Of a stretch of DNA of 33,620 bases, positions 1-8,497 are shown in pieces. Source of the DNA: an uncultured Flavobacteriaceae bacterium (GTDB lineage Bacteria > Bacteroidota > Bacteroidia > Flavobacteriales > Flavobacteriaceae); contig CAZYKN010000001.1 of assembly GCA_964648135.1 (NCBI GenBank), positions 1 through 33,620 on the forward strand, in the 5' to 3' direction. The translations under genes were made by a program, and so were the position numbers. How positions within the stretch are numbered: position 1 is the first letter of the stretch; each line of letters begins with the position of its first letter. Below the pieces are notes generated by a model. The model had not been told where the DNA came from. It saw only the letters and a list, made by a program, of their open reading frames with translations, and ran no database searches.

Positions 1-403
1 ATAAAATTGAAAAGGAATATAAAAGTAATGATAAAATAAATAAGATTGGTAGAGGATTGATTTAAAACTTATCACAACACATAATTAGTATAAATCTCAG
101 CTTTATTCCTTGAGAAAGTAACCATATGGAACAAAAAAAATCCATAGCACAAAGGTTTTGAAAAATTTTTTTGCCTTAAAATAAGAAAACATATTCCAAT
201 TTAGTTATCAGTAATTTTGCTTCCAAATTGATATAAATATCTATTTAACAATAATTACAATTTAATTATTTAGAGAATAGAACAAAAAAATAACGAATTT
301 CAGTATATTTTAAAGTAAATATACTTCTTATCTATTTGTTTATACGTGTTTTTATAATTTTTATCGGATAAAAGTAAAATATATTGTTTTTTCAATCTAC
401 AAT

Positions 404-420
404 ACAGGATAGCGCAGGAT
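404..420 (+). promoter_or_regulatory. Candidate operator/activator site ACAGGATAGCGCAGGAT (two CAGGAT half-sites, 10-nt period) upstream of susC
   Basis: Read directly. 16 of 17 nt are identical to a minus-strand copy at 21260..21276 upstream of the convergent operon. The promoter-proximal half recurs at 22808..22814 upstream of rhaEW. The element ends 21 nt before the TAACTTTG -7 box, so it covers the expected -33 region. The binding protein is unknown. Confidence 0.4.
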
Positions 421-441
421 GAAGAAAGATAAATTCATATT

Positions 442-449
442 TAACTTTG
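442..449 (+). promoter_or_regulatory. Bacteroidetes-type -7 promoter box TAACTTTG (consensus TAnnTTTG) for susC
   Basis: Exact match to the TAnnTTTG consensus, 35 nt upstream of the susC ATG at 485. No convincing TTTG -33 element was seen. Confidence 0.45.
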
Positions 450-484
450 TTGAATATTAACAAAAATAACTAAACAATCCATTT

Positions 485-3400
485 ATGAAAAACAATTTAT
501 TTTATAAAGAATTTGCAAGTTTTAAAACTGCAAAATTTTTAGTAGTATTACTATTTTTTGGCTTTTCGGTTCTATCATTTGGACAAAAGACAATTTCTGG
601 TACGGTAAAAGGCTCTGACAACTCACCACTTCCTGGTGTTAATGTCTCAATAGTAGGAACTTCAAATGGTACATTAACTGATTTTGATGGTAAATATACT
701 ATAAAAGCGAAAAAAGGAGAAACATTGCGTTTTTCTTATATAGGTATGCTGACTCAAAATAGTGTGGTAGGAGATTCTAATATAATTAATCTATCTATGA
801 AAGAAGGTGGAGAAACATTAGATGAGGTTGTAATTGTTGGGTATGGAACTCAACGAAAGAGTGATGTTACAGGAGCTGTTTCTACGGTAAAAGCTAATGA
901 AATAGTTAGCATTCCTACTACAAATGCAGTAGAAGCCTTACAAGGAAAAGCATCAGGTGTAACATTAATTAACAATGGTTCTCCTGGACATGATCCTACT
1001 GTAAGGATAAGAGGTTTAGCTACTTATAACAATAATGATCCTATTTATGTTGTTGATGGAGTTATTGTTCGTAATATAGATGGTTTAAGTGCAAACGATA
1101 TAGCATCATTTAGTGTATTAAAAGACGCATCAACAACTGCTGTGTACGGTTCACTAGGTGCTAACGGTGTTATTGAAATAAAAACGAAATCTGGTAAGGT
1201 TGGTAAAACTAAATTCAGTTTTAATTCTTATTTTAATTCTAAATTCAAACCCAGCACATTGCAATTATTAAATTCTGATCAATATGTTAGTTATGTATCA
1301 GATATGATTCATAACCAAGATCCTGCAGCAGCATTACCTCCTCGATTTACAGATTCTCAATATGCGGATATGCTTAGTCAAACAGTAAATTATCAAGATG
1401 CTATTTTTCAAAGAGGTTTTATAAATAATTATGAATTAAGTGCCTCTGGTGGAGTAGAAAATGCTAAATTTAGATTTTCAGGTAATTACCAAAAGCAAGA
1501 AGGAACAATGATAAATACTGCTTTAGATAGATATGTTTTTAGACTAAATAGTAAATTTAAAAAGGGAATTTTTCATTTAGGAGAGAATGTATCTGTTGCT
1601 TATGCAGAACAAGATCCATTAATTTTAGCATTTAGTGTTTCTCCTTTAGAAAATGCTATTAAAATGGCTCCTTATCTACCTATTAATAACGCAGATTTTA
1701 TAGGTGGTTATAACGAACTAGATAATACATTAGATGCTAACGATACACGTAACCCTCTAAGAACATTAAATAGAGAAACCCAATTAAATAAAAATATCAA
1801 TATTTTAGGAAATGTATTTGGTAAAGTAGATATTACTAAAGATTTACAGTATAAGTCTAGTATAGGAATGAATTTTTATGATAATAAATTCAAAAAAGCA
1901 GAACTGCCATATGGTAGTGGTTCAGTATTACAAACAGACAGTAGATATACTTACGTAAATGTAAGAGTTAAGACTATTAGTTTCATTAATAGTTTAAATT
2001 ATAAAAAAACGATAGCAGATAAACATAACTTTAACGTGTTGCTTTTAGCAGAACAAAGAAAAAGAAGCACTAATATTTTTAGTGGTCAAGGAACAACACC
2101 ATATGGTGTAAGCGATTTGTCTAGTGGTTTAACCGCAGGTGCAAAATCTATACAATATAATACCTTAGGCTATTTAGGAAGAATTAATTATAATTATGAT
2201 AGAAAGTATTTATTTGCAGCCTCATTAAGAAGAGATTCTTCTTCTCGTTTTGGTGAAAACAAAAGAAGTGGAACATTCCCTTCTCTAGCTTTAGGTTGGG
2301 TTGTAAGTAAAGAAAACTTCTTTAAAGATAATAATTTTATTAACTATCTAAAAATTAGAGGTAGTTGGGGAATTGCAGGTAATGATCAAGGTGCTACAGA
2401 TTATGCCTTTGAATCTAGTTTATCACCTAATTATATTTATAATGGAACAGCAGGTTTAGCTATTGGTAATATTTCCAATCCAAATTTAAAATGGGAAGAA
2501 ACAGTTGCTACTAACATAGGTTTAGACTTTAGGTTATTAAAAAACAAAATAAACTTTAGTGTTGAATATTACAAAAACACAAGTTCAGATTTAATTGTAA
2601 TGGTGAATCCAGCAGCATCTGTTGGTGCTCCAAATCCAACACCAACAAATGTTGGTGGAGTTATCAGTAATGGTGTTGAGTTTAATTTAGGATATGATTC
2701 TAAAAGCACTTCAGACTTTAACTGGTCTACTAATTTTAATTTAAGTACAAATAGAAATGAGGTTACCAAAGTATATGAAGATGCTATATATCAAGGATCA
2801 AAACCAAATGTACTTGGTGGAGGAGAAATTTCACGACTGGTAGAAGGAGAACCAATATGGCATTTTTATGGTTATGAAACCGATGGTATTTTTCAAAATC
2901 AAGCAGAAATAGATGAACATGCAACGCAACCTGGTGCAGCTCCAGGAGATATAAGATTTAAAGATTTGAATGATGATGGTGTAATAAATGCTGATGATAG
3001 AACTAATATTGGAAATCCTTTTCCTAAAATTTCTTATGGTTTAAATTTAAATGCGGATTATAAAAACCTTGATTTTAATATGTTTTTTAATGGCGTATCA
3101 GGAAATAAAATATTTAATGCCTTAAGATACTATTTAGATGGAGCAAGTCAAATAACAAACACAGGCACAGCTGTTCTTGATAGATGGACACCAACTAATC
3201 ATTCAAATTCTCAACCAAGAGCTGTTTTAGGTGATCCAAATGGAAACACAAGAGTGTCTGATAGATATATTGAAGATGGCTCATTTGTAAGATTAAAAAA
3301 TATTTCTCTAGGTTATAAATTACCTTCAAGAGTATTAGATAAAATAGGTAAAGGATCAATCTCTAAATTTAGAGTCTATATGAGTGCTCAAAATCTTTTG

Positions 3401-3553
3401 ACTTTTACCAAATATACAGGTTATGATCCTGAAATTGGACCTTCTGATGGTATTTCTTCAACAAATGGAAACCATAATTCAGAACTAGGTGTAGATAGAG
3501 GTCAATATCCACAATCAAAATCAGTATTACTAGGTGTACAAATTAATTTTTAA
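485..3553 (+). CDS. susC: SusC/RagA-family TonB-dependent outer-membrane transporter
   Basis: 1022-aa ORF with a signal peptide. It has a CarboxypepD_reg-like segment (TISGTVKGSDNSPLPGVNVSIVGT...DGKYTI) and a TonB-box/plug region (DEVVIVGYGTQRKSDVTGAVSTV). A long barrel ends in a terminal aromatic residue (LLGVQINF). A SusD gene follows 18 nt downstream. There is no STN (anti-sigma signalling) extension. Confidence 0.95.
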   Translation: MKNNLFYKEFASFKTAKFLVVLLFFGFSVLSFGQKTISGTVKGSDNSPLPGVNVSIVGTSNGTLTDFDGKYTIKAKKGETLRFSYIGMLTQNSVVGDSNIINLSMKEGGETLDEVVIVGYGTQRKSDVTGAVSTVKANEIVSIPTTNAVEALQGKASGVTLINNGSPGHDPTVRIRGLATYNNNDPIYVVDGVIVRNIDGLSANDIASFSVLKDASTTAVYGSLGANGVIEIKTKSGKVGKTKFSFNSYFNSKFKPSTLQLLNSDQYVSYVSDMIHNQDPAAALPPRFTDSQYADMLSQTVNYQDAIFQRGFINNYELSASGGVENAKFRFSGNYQKQEGTMINTALDRYVFRLNSKFKKGIFHLGENVSVAYAEQDPLILAFSVSPLENAIKMAPYLPINNADFIGGYNELDNTLDANDTRNPLRTLNRETQLNKNINILGNVFGKVDITKDLQYKSSIGMNFYDNKFKKAELPYGSGSVLQTDSRYTYVNVRVKTISFINSLNYKKTIADKHNFNVLLLAEQRKRSTNIFSGQGTTPYGVSDLSSGLTAGAKSIQYNTLGYLGRINYNYDRKYLFAASLRRDSSSRFGENKRSGTFPSLALGWVVSKENFFKDNNFINYLKIRGSWGIAGNDQGATDYAFESSLSPNYIYNGTAGLAIGNISNPNLKWEETVATNIGLDFRLLKNKINFSVEYYKNTSSDLIVMVNPAASVGAPNPTPTNVGGVISNGVEFNLGYDSKSTSDFNWSTNFNLSTNRNEVTKVYEDAIYQGSKPNVLGGGEISRLVEGEPIWHFYGYETDGIFQNQAEIDEHATQPGAAPGDIRFKDLNDDGVINADDRTNIGNPFPKISYGLNLNADYKNLDFNMFFNGVSGNKIFNALRYYLDGASQITNTGTAVLDRWTPTNHSNSQPRAVLGDPNGNTRVSDRYIEDGSFVRLKNISLGYKLPSRVLDKIGKGSISKFRVYMSAQNLLTFTKYTGYDPEIGPSDGISSTNGNHNSELGVDRGQYPQSKSVLLGVQINF

Positions 3554-3571
3554 TTCAGACAATATTATATT

Positions 3572-5074
3572 ATGAAAAAACAAATCTTATTATTTATTTT
3601 TATTCTATTTATTTTTAATTCTTGCAATACAAAAGATTTAGAATTAACAGATGGAAACGCAGTTTCAACAACTACTTTTCCGAAAACTAAGGCAGAATTA
3701 GGTGGTGCAGTAAATGCAATATATTCACCTTTACAATCTCAAGGATTATATGGTAGATATATATCTTATATGGATGATTATATGGCTGGAGATGAAGCCT
3801 ATGTTGGACCAACTAGAAGTACACCAGATTTAAGAGATTTTTTAAATTTTACATTTGATGCTACGAATAATGATATCTATTTATATTGGAAAAACTGCTA
3901 TAATGGTATTTCTAGAGCAAATTTTGTTTTAGATAAACAAACTAATATTGCAGATTTACCAGATTCAGAAGTTTCACAGGATCTTAAAAATGATTTTATT
4001 GGTCAAACAAAATTTTTAAGAGCGTATTATTACTTTTTATTAGTACAACGGTTTGGTGATATTCCGCTATACACAACTACAGAAGTAAGTGTATCAGGAT
4101 TACCTAAATCTCCAAAAGAAGATGTATATCAGTTAATATTTGAAGATTTAACAGATGCGGTTTCAAAACTACCATTAACTTCTGAACCTGGAAGAGTTAC
4201 CAAAGGAACTGCAAATGCTTTATTAGGAAAGATTCATTTATATAGAGCAGAATATGCTGAAGCAAAAACTGCATTTGAACAAGTGATATCAAGTGGAGTA
4301 TATACATTAACACCAAATTACTTTGATAATTTTGAAAATGTAAATGAAAATAATTCTGAATCTGTATTTGAAATTCAATTTACTTATGGAGGAGGAGGAG
4401 CTTGGGCATATTCAGATTGGGGTGGTCAAGATAATGGAGATTCTGAAACATCTTTTAGATCCATTGAATACGGTGGTTTAGGAGGCTTTCATAATTGTGA
4501 CCCTTCACAAAGTTTGGTTGACGAATACGAAACCAATGATCCTAGAAAACATGCTAATTTTTATTTTACAGGTGATGCTTGGTTTGGTGGTGTAGTTGGT
4601 GCAATGAATCCTCCAGCAGCTCCAGCATATTGGAGAAAATATCAAAGATCATATAACGGTGCTTCAGACGGCGGAGGTTTGTCAGATATTAATCATAGAG
4701 TAATTCGTTATGCAGACGTATTACTAATGGCTGCAGAAGTGCTTAATCAAACAGGAGGTACTATTGACAGTAAGACTCCAATTGATTTAATGAATATGGT
4801 TAGAGATAGAGTAGGAATGCCAAATTATGGTACAGCAAGTATGAATGCAACTTACCCTGTAACTAATCAAACAGAAATTTTTAATGCAATTAAGCATGAA
4901 AGAAGAGTTGAATTAGCAGGAGAACAAAGTAGATTCCCAGATTTATTACGTTGGGGAATGGCTTCTTCTATTCCTGGTTTTCAAGTTGGAAAAAATGAAC
5001 TATTTCCAATACCCCAAAAAGAATTTGACACTAATGCAAATTTATCTACTTCAGATCAGAACCCAGGATACTAG
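3572..5074 (+). CDS. susD: SusD/RagB-family outer-membrane glycan-binding lipoprotein
   Basis: 500-aa ORF with a lipoprotein signal (LFIFNSC). SusD hallmarks are present: NCYNGISRANFVL, IRYADVLLMAAE and ERRVELAGEQSRFPDLLRWG. It lies immediately downstream of susC. Confidence 0.95.
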   Translation: MKKQILLFIFILFIFNSCNTKDLELTDGNAVSTTTFPKTKAELGGAVNAIYSPLQSQGLYGRYISYMDDYMAGDEAYVGPTRSTPDLRDFLNFTFDATNNDIYLYWKNCYNGISRANFVLDKQTNIADLPDSEVSQDLKNDFIGQTKFLRAYYYFLLVQRFGDIPLYTTTEVSVSGLPKSPKEDVYQLIFEDLTDAVSKLPLTSEPGRVTKGTANALLGKIHLYRAEYAEAKTAFEQVISSGVYTLTPNYFDNFENVNENNSESVFEIQFTYGGGGAWAYSDWGGQDNGDSETSFRSIEYGGLGGFHNCDPSQSLVDEYETNDPRKHANFYFTGDAWFGGVVGAMNPPAAPAYWRKYQRSYNGASDGGGLSDINHRVIRYADVLLMAAEVLNQTGGTIDSKTPIDLMNMVRDRVGMPNYGTASMNATYPVTNQTEIFNAIKHERRVELAGEQSRFPDLLRWGMASSIPGFQVGKNELFPIPQKEFDTNANLSTSDQNPGY

Positions 5075-5094
5075 TATACTTGTTATTTGAATTT

Positions 5095-5125
5095 AAAAAC
5101 TGACTTTTTTAAGTCAGTTTTTTTT
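5095..5125 (+). terminator. Intrinsic terminator/attenuator hairpin between susD and the FG-GAP gene
   Basis: Arm aaaaactgactt (5095-5106), loop tttt, arm aagtcagttttt (5111-5122), with a T run extending to 5125. The core stem ctgactt/aagtcag is only 7 bp, extended by A:T pairs. Confidence 0.5.
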
Positions 5126-5149
5126 ATATTTGTAAATAAAACTTTTATT

Positions 5150-8100
5150 ATGGTTTTTTATAAAAACATTTTTAAAAATATCCTTTACATACTTGTTATC
5201 ACTTTATTTTTTTCTTGTACGAATGATTTAATAATTCCTTCAAAAAAATTATTTACAAAAAAAGAAGCTAAATATACTGGAATAGTATTTAACAATAAGC
5301 TTAATGAAAATAAAAGCCTTAATTATTTTAATTTTCAGTACATTTATATGGGTGGAGGCGTTGCCGTTGGAGATTTTAATAATGATAACCTTATAGATAT
5401 TTACTTTACAGGAAATATGGTTAATAATAAATTATATTTAAATCAAGGGAAGTTTAAATTTAAGGATATATCAAAAATTTCAAATACCAAATTATCTAAT
5501 ACTTGGTCAACAGGTGTAACTACCATAGATATAAATAATGATGGCCTGCTTGATATTTATGTAAGTGTTGGTGGAAAAAACAAACCTTATAAAAATAAAT
5601 TGCTTGTAAATCAAGGAATTGATAAAAATGGCATTCCTATTTTTAAAGAGGATGCTGAAAATTATGGAATTGCTGATATTGGTAGAACAGAGCAAAGCGT
5701 GTTTTTTGATTATGATAATGATGGTGATTTAGATTTATATGTTGCTAATTATCCAATCACAAATTTTAAAATTAGTGTAGATTATTATTCGTCTATGATT
5801 AATAATCCGTTATTATCATCATCTAGCCATTTGCATAGAAATAATGGAGATGGAACTTTTACAGATGTTACCAAAGAAAGCGGTTTATTATCTTTTGGAT
5901 TAAGCATTGGTGTGAGTGTGTCTGATCTGAATAATGATGGATACCTAGATATTTACGTATCAAATGATTTTGCCAGTCCAGATTTTATTTATTTTAATAA
6001 CAGAAATGGAACTTTTACTAATCAAAATAAAAAAGTTACTAAACAAAACTCTTTTTATGGCATGGGTACAGATATAGCCGATTTTAATAATGATGGATTA
6101 TTAGACATTATAGAACTAGATATGTCTCCACATAGCCATATACGTTCCAAAGAAAATATGTCTAGTATGGATCCTATAAATTTTCAACACATAATAGATT
6201 TAGGGCTACATCACCAATATATGTACAATACACTCCAATTAAATAGAGGTTTTCAAAAAGATAGTTTACCCGTTTTTAGCAATATTTCCGCCTTTGCAGG
6301 TGTAAAATCTACCGATTGGAGTTGGGCTGCTCTTTTTGCCGATTTTAATAATGATGGCTTTAAAGATTTATTTATTTCTAACGGAACACGAAGAGATATT
6401 CATAACAAAGACTTTTTTAATCGTTTTAAAAAAACAGCGTATTTTACAAATACCGTCAAGCATCAATCAAAAGATTATACAATTCTTCAAAAGATGCCCT
6501 CGGTTCCTTTAGAAAATTTTATGCTTCAAAATAATAAAGATCTAACTTTTTCAAATAAAAGTGATGATTGGGGATTAAGTGATAAAACTTTTTCAAATGG
6601 TGCAGCTTACGCTGATTTTGATAATGATGGCGATCTAGATTTAGTAATTAACAATATAGATCAAGAAGCCTTGTTGTATGAAAATAAATCAAATAAAAGA
6701 AAAAACGTAAATTATCTAAAAATTAATTTTAAGGGTACAAAACAAAACAAACTTGGTATAGGAAATACGGTAAAAATATACAAAGATGGTAAATTGCAAA
6801 TAGCAGAATTAATGCTAACAAGAGGTTACCAATCTTCCATCGCACCAGAATTACATTTTGGTGTAGGTAAAGTGAAAATAATAGATTCTCTAATCGTACA
6901 ATGGACAGATGGTGCTACTCAAAAATTAACCAACATAAACAGCAATCAAACCTTAGTATTAGATTATAAAAATGCTGTAAAAAACAGGTTTAAAAGTCCT
7001 CATTTAGAAAAAAATCAGTTATTTACTGATATTACTTCTAAAGTAAATATCGATTTTAAACACAAAGAAAATGAATATTTTGACTACAATAAAGAGCCGT
7101 TATTACCACATAAAATGTCTCAATTTGGACCAGGAATTGCAGTTGGCGATATTAATGGAGACCATTTAGATGATTTTTGGGTTGGTGGAGCATATAAACA
7201 AAGCGGTGCTATTTTTATCCAAAATAAAAAAGGTAAATTTATTCAAACTAATACGCAATTACTTGATAATGATAAAAATAAAGAAGATTTAGATGGCTTA
7301 TTTTTTGATGTAGATAATGATGGCGATTTAGATTTGTATGTAGTGAGTGGTGGTAATGAATTTAAACCAAATTCTAAAGAATATAAAGATAGATTGTACA
7401 TAAATGATGGTAAAGGAAATTTTACTAAAAATGAAACGGCATTACCAGAGTTTTTAGAAAGCGGTTCAAAAGTCATTCCAATAGATTTTGATAATGATGG
7501 CGATTTAGATCTATTTATTGCCACACGATTATTGCCTCAACATTATCCAAAACCTCCAAATAGCCATTTATTAGAGAATGTAAGTACAAAAATGAATATT
7601 AAATTTAAAGAAATTTCATCAGAATCTTTTAAAAAATTAGGTTTAGTTACCGATGCTATTAGTATTGATTTTGATAATGATAAAGATCAAGATTTAATTG
7701 TAGTTGGTGAATGGATGCCAATTACTTTTTTAGAAAATAACAATGGTATTTTTAAAAATGTAACGAAAAAACAATCCATAAAAAATACCACAGGTTGGTG
7801 GTATAGTATTCAAAAAGCCGATATAGATAAAGATGGTGATGTAGATTTTGTAGTAGGTAATTTAGGTTTAAATTACAAGTACAAAGCAACACCAACTAAA
7901 ACATTTGATATCTATGCCAATGATTTTGATAACAATAAAAGTTTAGATGTGGTTTTAGGCTATTACGAAGGAAAAACACAATATCCAGTTCGTGGTCGCC
8001 AATGTTCTTCACAGCAAGTTCCCAGCATTAAAAATAAATTTAAAAATTATGCTGATTTTGCAAAAGCAGACTTAAAAGAAATTTATACTCCAAAAAAATT

Positions 8101-8497
8101 AGAAAATGGGGTGCACTATAAGGCACAAACGTTCGCTTCTTTTTATGTAGAAAATATAGGCAACGGACAATTTAAAATGACTAAACTACCTAAAGAAGCA
8201 CAATTCTCTTCAGTAAACGCGATACTTATTGATGATTTTAATAACGACAAAACAAACGACATTTTAGTGGCAGGAAACCTATACCAATCAGAGGCAGAAA
8301 CACCAAGAAATGACGCCTCAATTGGTGTATTACTTTCAAATACAAAAGAGGGTTTACAATCTGTTCCTTTAAATGAAACTGGTTTTTTAGCGGATAAAGA
8401 TGTAAAACAAATGAAATTTATTACTATAAAAGGTAAAAAATGTGTTTTAATTGCCAATAATAATAAGAAACTTCAAATATTTCAAATAAATAACTAA
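5150..8497 (+). CDS. FG-GAP/VCBS-repeat plus UnbV/ASPIC-domain lipoprotein (CRTAC1-like), two 7-repeat arrays
   Basis: The ORF track opens at TTG 5087. The ATG at 5150 gives a clean lipoprotein signal (MVFYKNIFKNILYILVITLFFSC) and avoids the hairpin at 5095-5125. I count 14 D-x-[DN]-x-D-x-x-x-D repeats (DFNNDNLIDIY, DINNDGLLDIY, DYDNDGDLDLY and so on). Seven lie before and seven after an UnbV_ASPIC-like block (LGIGNTVKIY...LTRGYQSSIAPELHFGVG...IVQWTDG). Function is unknown. Confidence 0.85.
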   Translation: MVFYKNIFKNILYILVITLFFSCTNDLIIPSKKLFTKKEAKYTGIVFNNKLNENKSLNYFNFQYIYMGGGVAVGDFNNDNLIDIYFTGNMVNNKLYLNQGKFKFKDISKISNTKLSNTWSTGVTTIDINNDGLLDIYVSVGGKNKPYKNKLLVNQGIDKNGIPIFKEDAENYGIADIGRTEQSVFFDYDNDGDLDLYVANYPITNFKISVDYYSSMINNPLLSSSSHLHRNNGDGTFTDVTKESGLLSFGLSIGVSVSDLNNDGYLDIYVSNDFASPDFIYFNNRNGTFTNQNKKVTKQNSFYGMGTDIADFNNDGLLDIIELDMSPHSHIRSKENMSSMDPINFQHIIDLGLHHQYMYNTLQLNRGFQKDSLPVFSNISAFAGVKSTDWSWAALFADFNNDGFKDLFISNGTRRDIHNKDFFNRFKKTAYFTNTVKHQSKDYTILQKMPSVPLENFMLQNNKDLTFSNKSDDWGLSDKTFSNGAAYADFDNDGDLDLVINNIDQEALLYENKSNKRKNVNYLKINFKGTKQNKLGIGNTVKIYKDGKLQIAELMLTRGYQSSIAPELHFGVGKVKIIDSLIVQWTDGATQKLTNINSNQTLVLDYKNAVKNRFKSPHLEKNQLFTDITSKVNIDFKHKENEYFDYNKEPLLPHKMSQFGPGIAVGDINGDHLDDFWVGGAYKQSGAIFIQNKKGKFIQTNTQLLDNDKNKEDLDGLFFDVDNDGDLDLYVVSGGNEFKPNSKEYKDRLYINDGKGNFTKNETALPEFLESGSKVIPIDFDNDGDLDLFIATRLLPQHYPKPPNSHLLENVSTKMNIKFKEISSESFKKLGLVTDAISIDFDNDKDQDLIVVGEWMPITFLENNNGIFKNVTKKQSIKNTTGWWYSIQKADIDKDGDVDFVVGNLGLNYKYKATPTKTFDIYANDFDNNKSLDVVLGYYEGKTQYPVRGRQCSSQQVPSIKNKFKNYADFAKADLKEIYTPKKLENGVHYKAQTFASFYVENIGNGQFKMTKLPKEAQFSSVNAILIDDFNNDKTNDILVAGNLYQSEAETPRNDASIGVLLSNTKEGLQSVPLNETGFLADKDVKQMKFITIKGKKCVLIANNNKKLQIFQINN

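Noticed and set aside
1-65. Possible 3' end of an upstream plus-strand gene (frame 3: KIEKEYKSNDKINKIGRGLI*)
   Set aside because: Only 20 codons are visible, they are low-complexity, and they have no recognisable motif. This cannot be supported.
302-325. AT-only hairpin/palindrome agtatattt-taaagt-aaatatact upstream of susC
   Set aside because: The 9-bp stem has only one G:C pair in a very AT-rich spacer. It is not shared with the other promoter regions, so it has little discriminating value.
398-405. Octamer TACAATAC next to the shared element, also present at about 21217 on the plus strand, with ATACAAT after the rhaEW copy
   Set aside because: It is short and AT-rich, and its orientation and spacing relative to the 17-nt element are inconsistent. 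It may be chance and is kept only as a note.
5087-5149. TTG-initiated N-terminal extension of the FG-GAP ORF (MNLKTDFFKSVFFIFVNKTFI...)
   Set aside because: It spans the terminator-like hairpin at 5095-5125. The internal ATG at 5150 gives a textbook lipoprotein signal ending in FFSC. The extension looks like intergenic sequence read through by the ORF finder.
5700-7520. Near-identical 21-30-nt DNA repeats (gataatgatggcgatttagat and variants at about 5708, 6618, 7313 and 7489)
   Set aside because: They are the coding image of the DNDGDLD calcium-binding repeats of the FG-GAP protein. They are in frame and irregularly spaced. They are not a tandem repeat, a CRISPR array or a mobile-element end.
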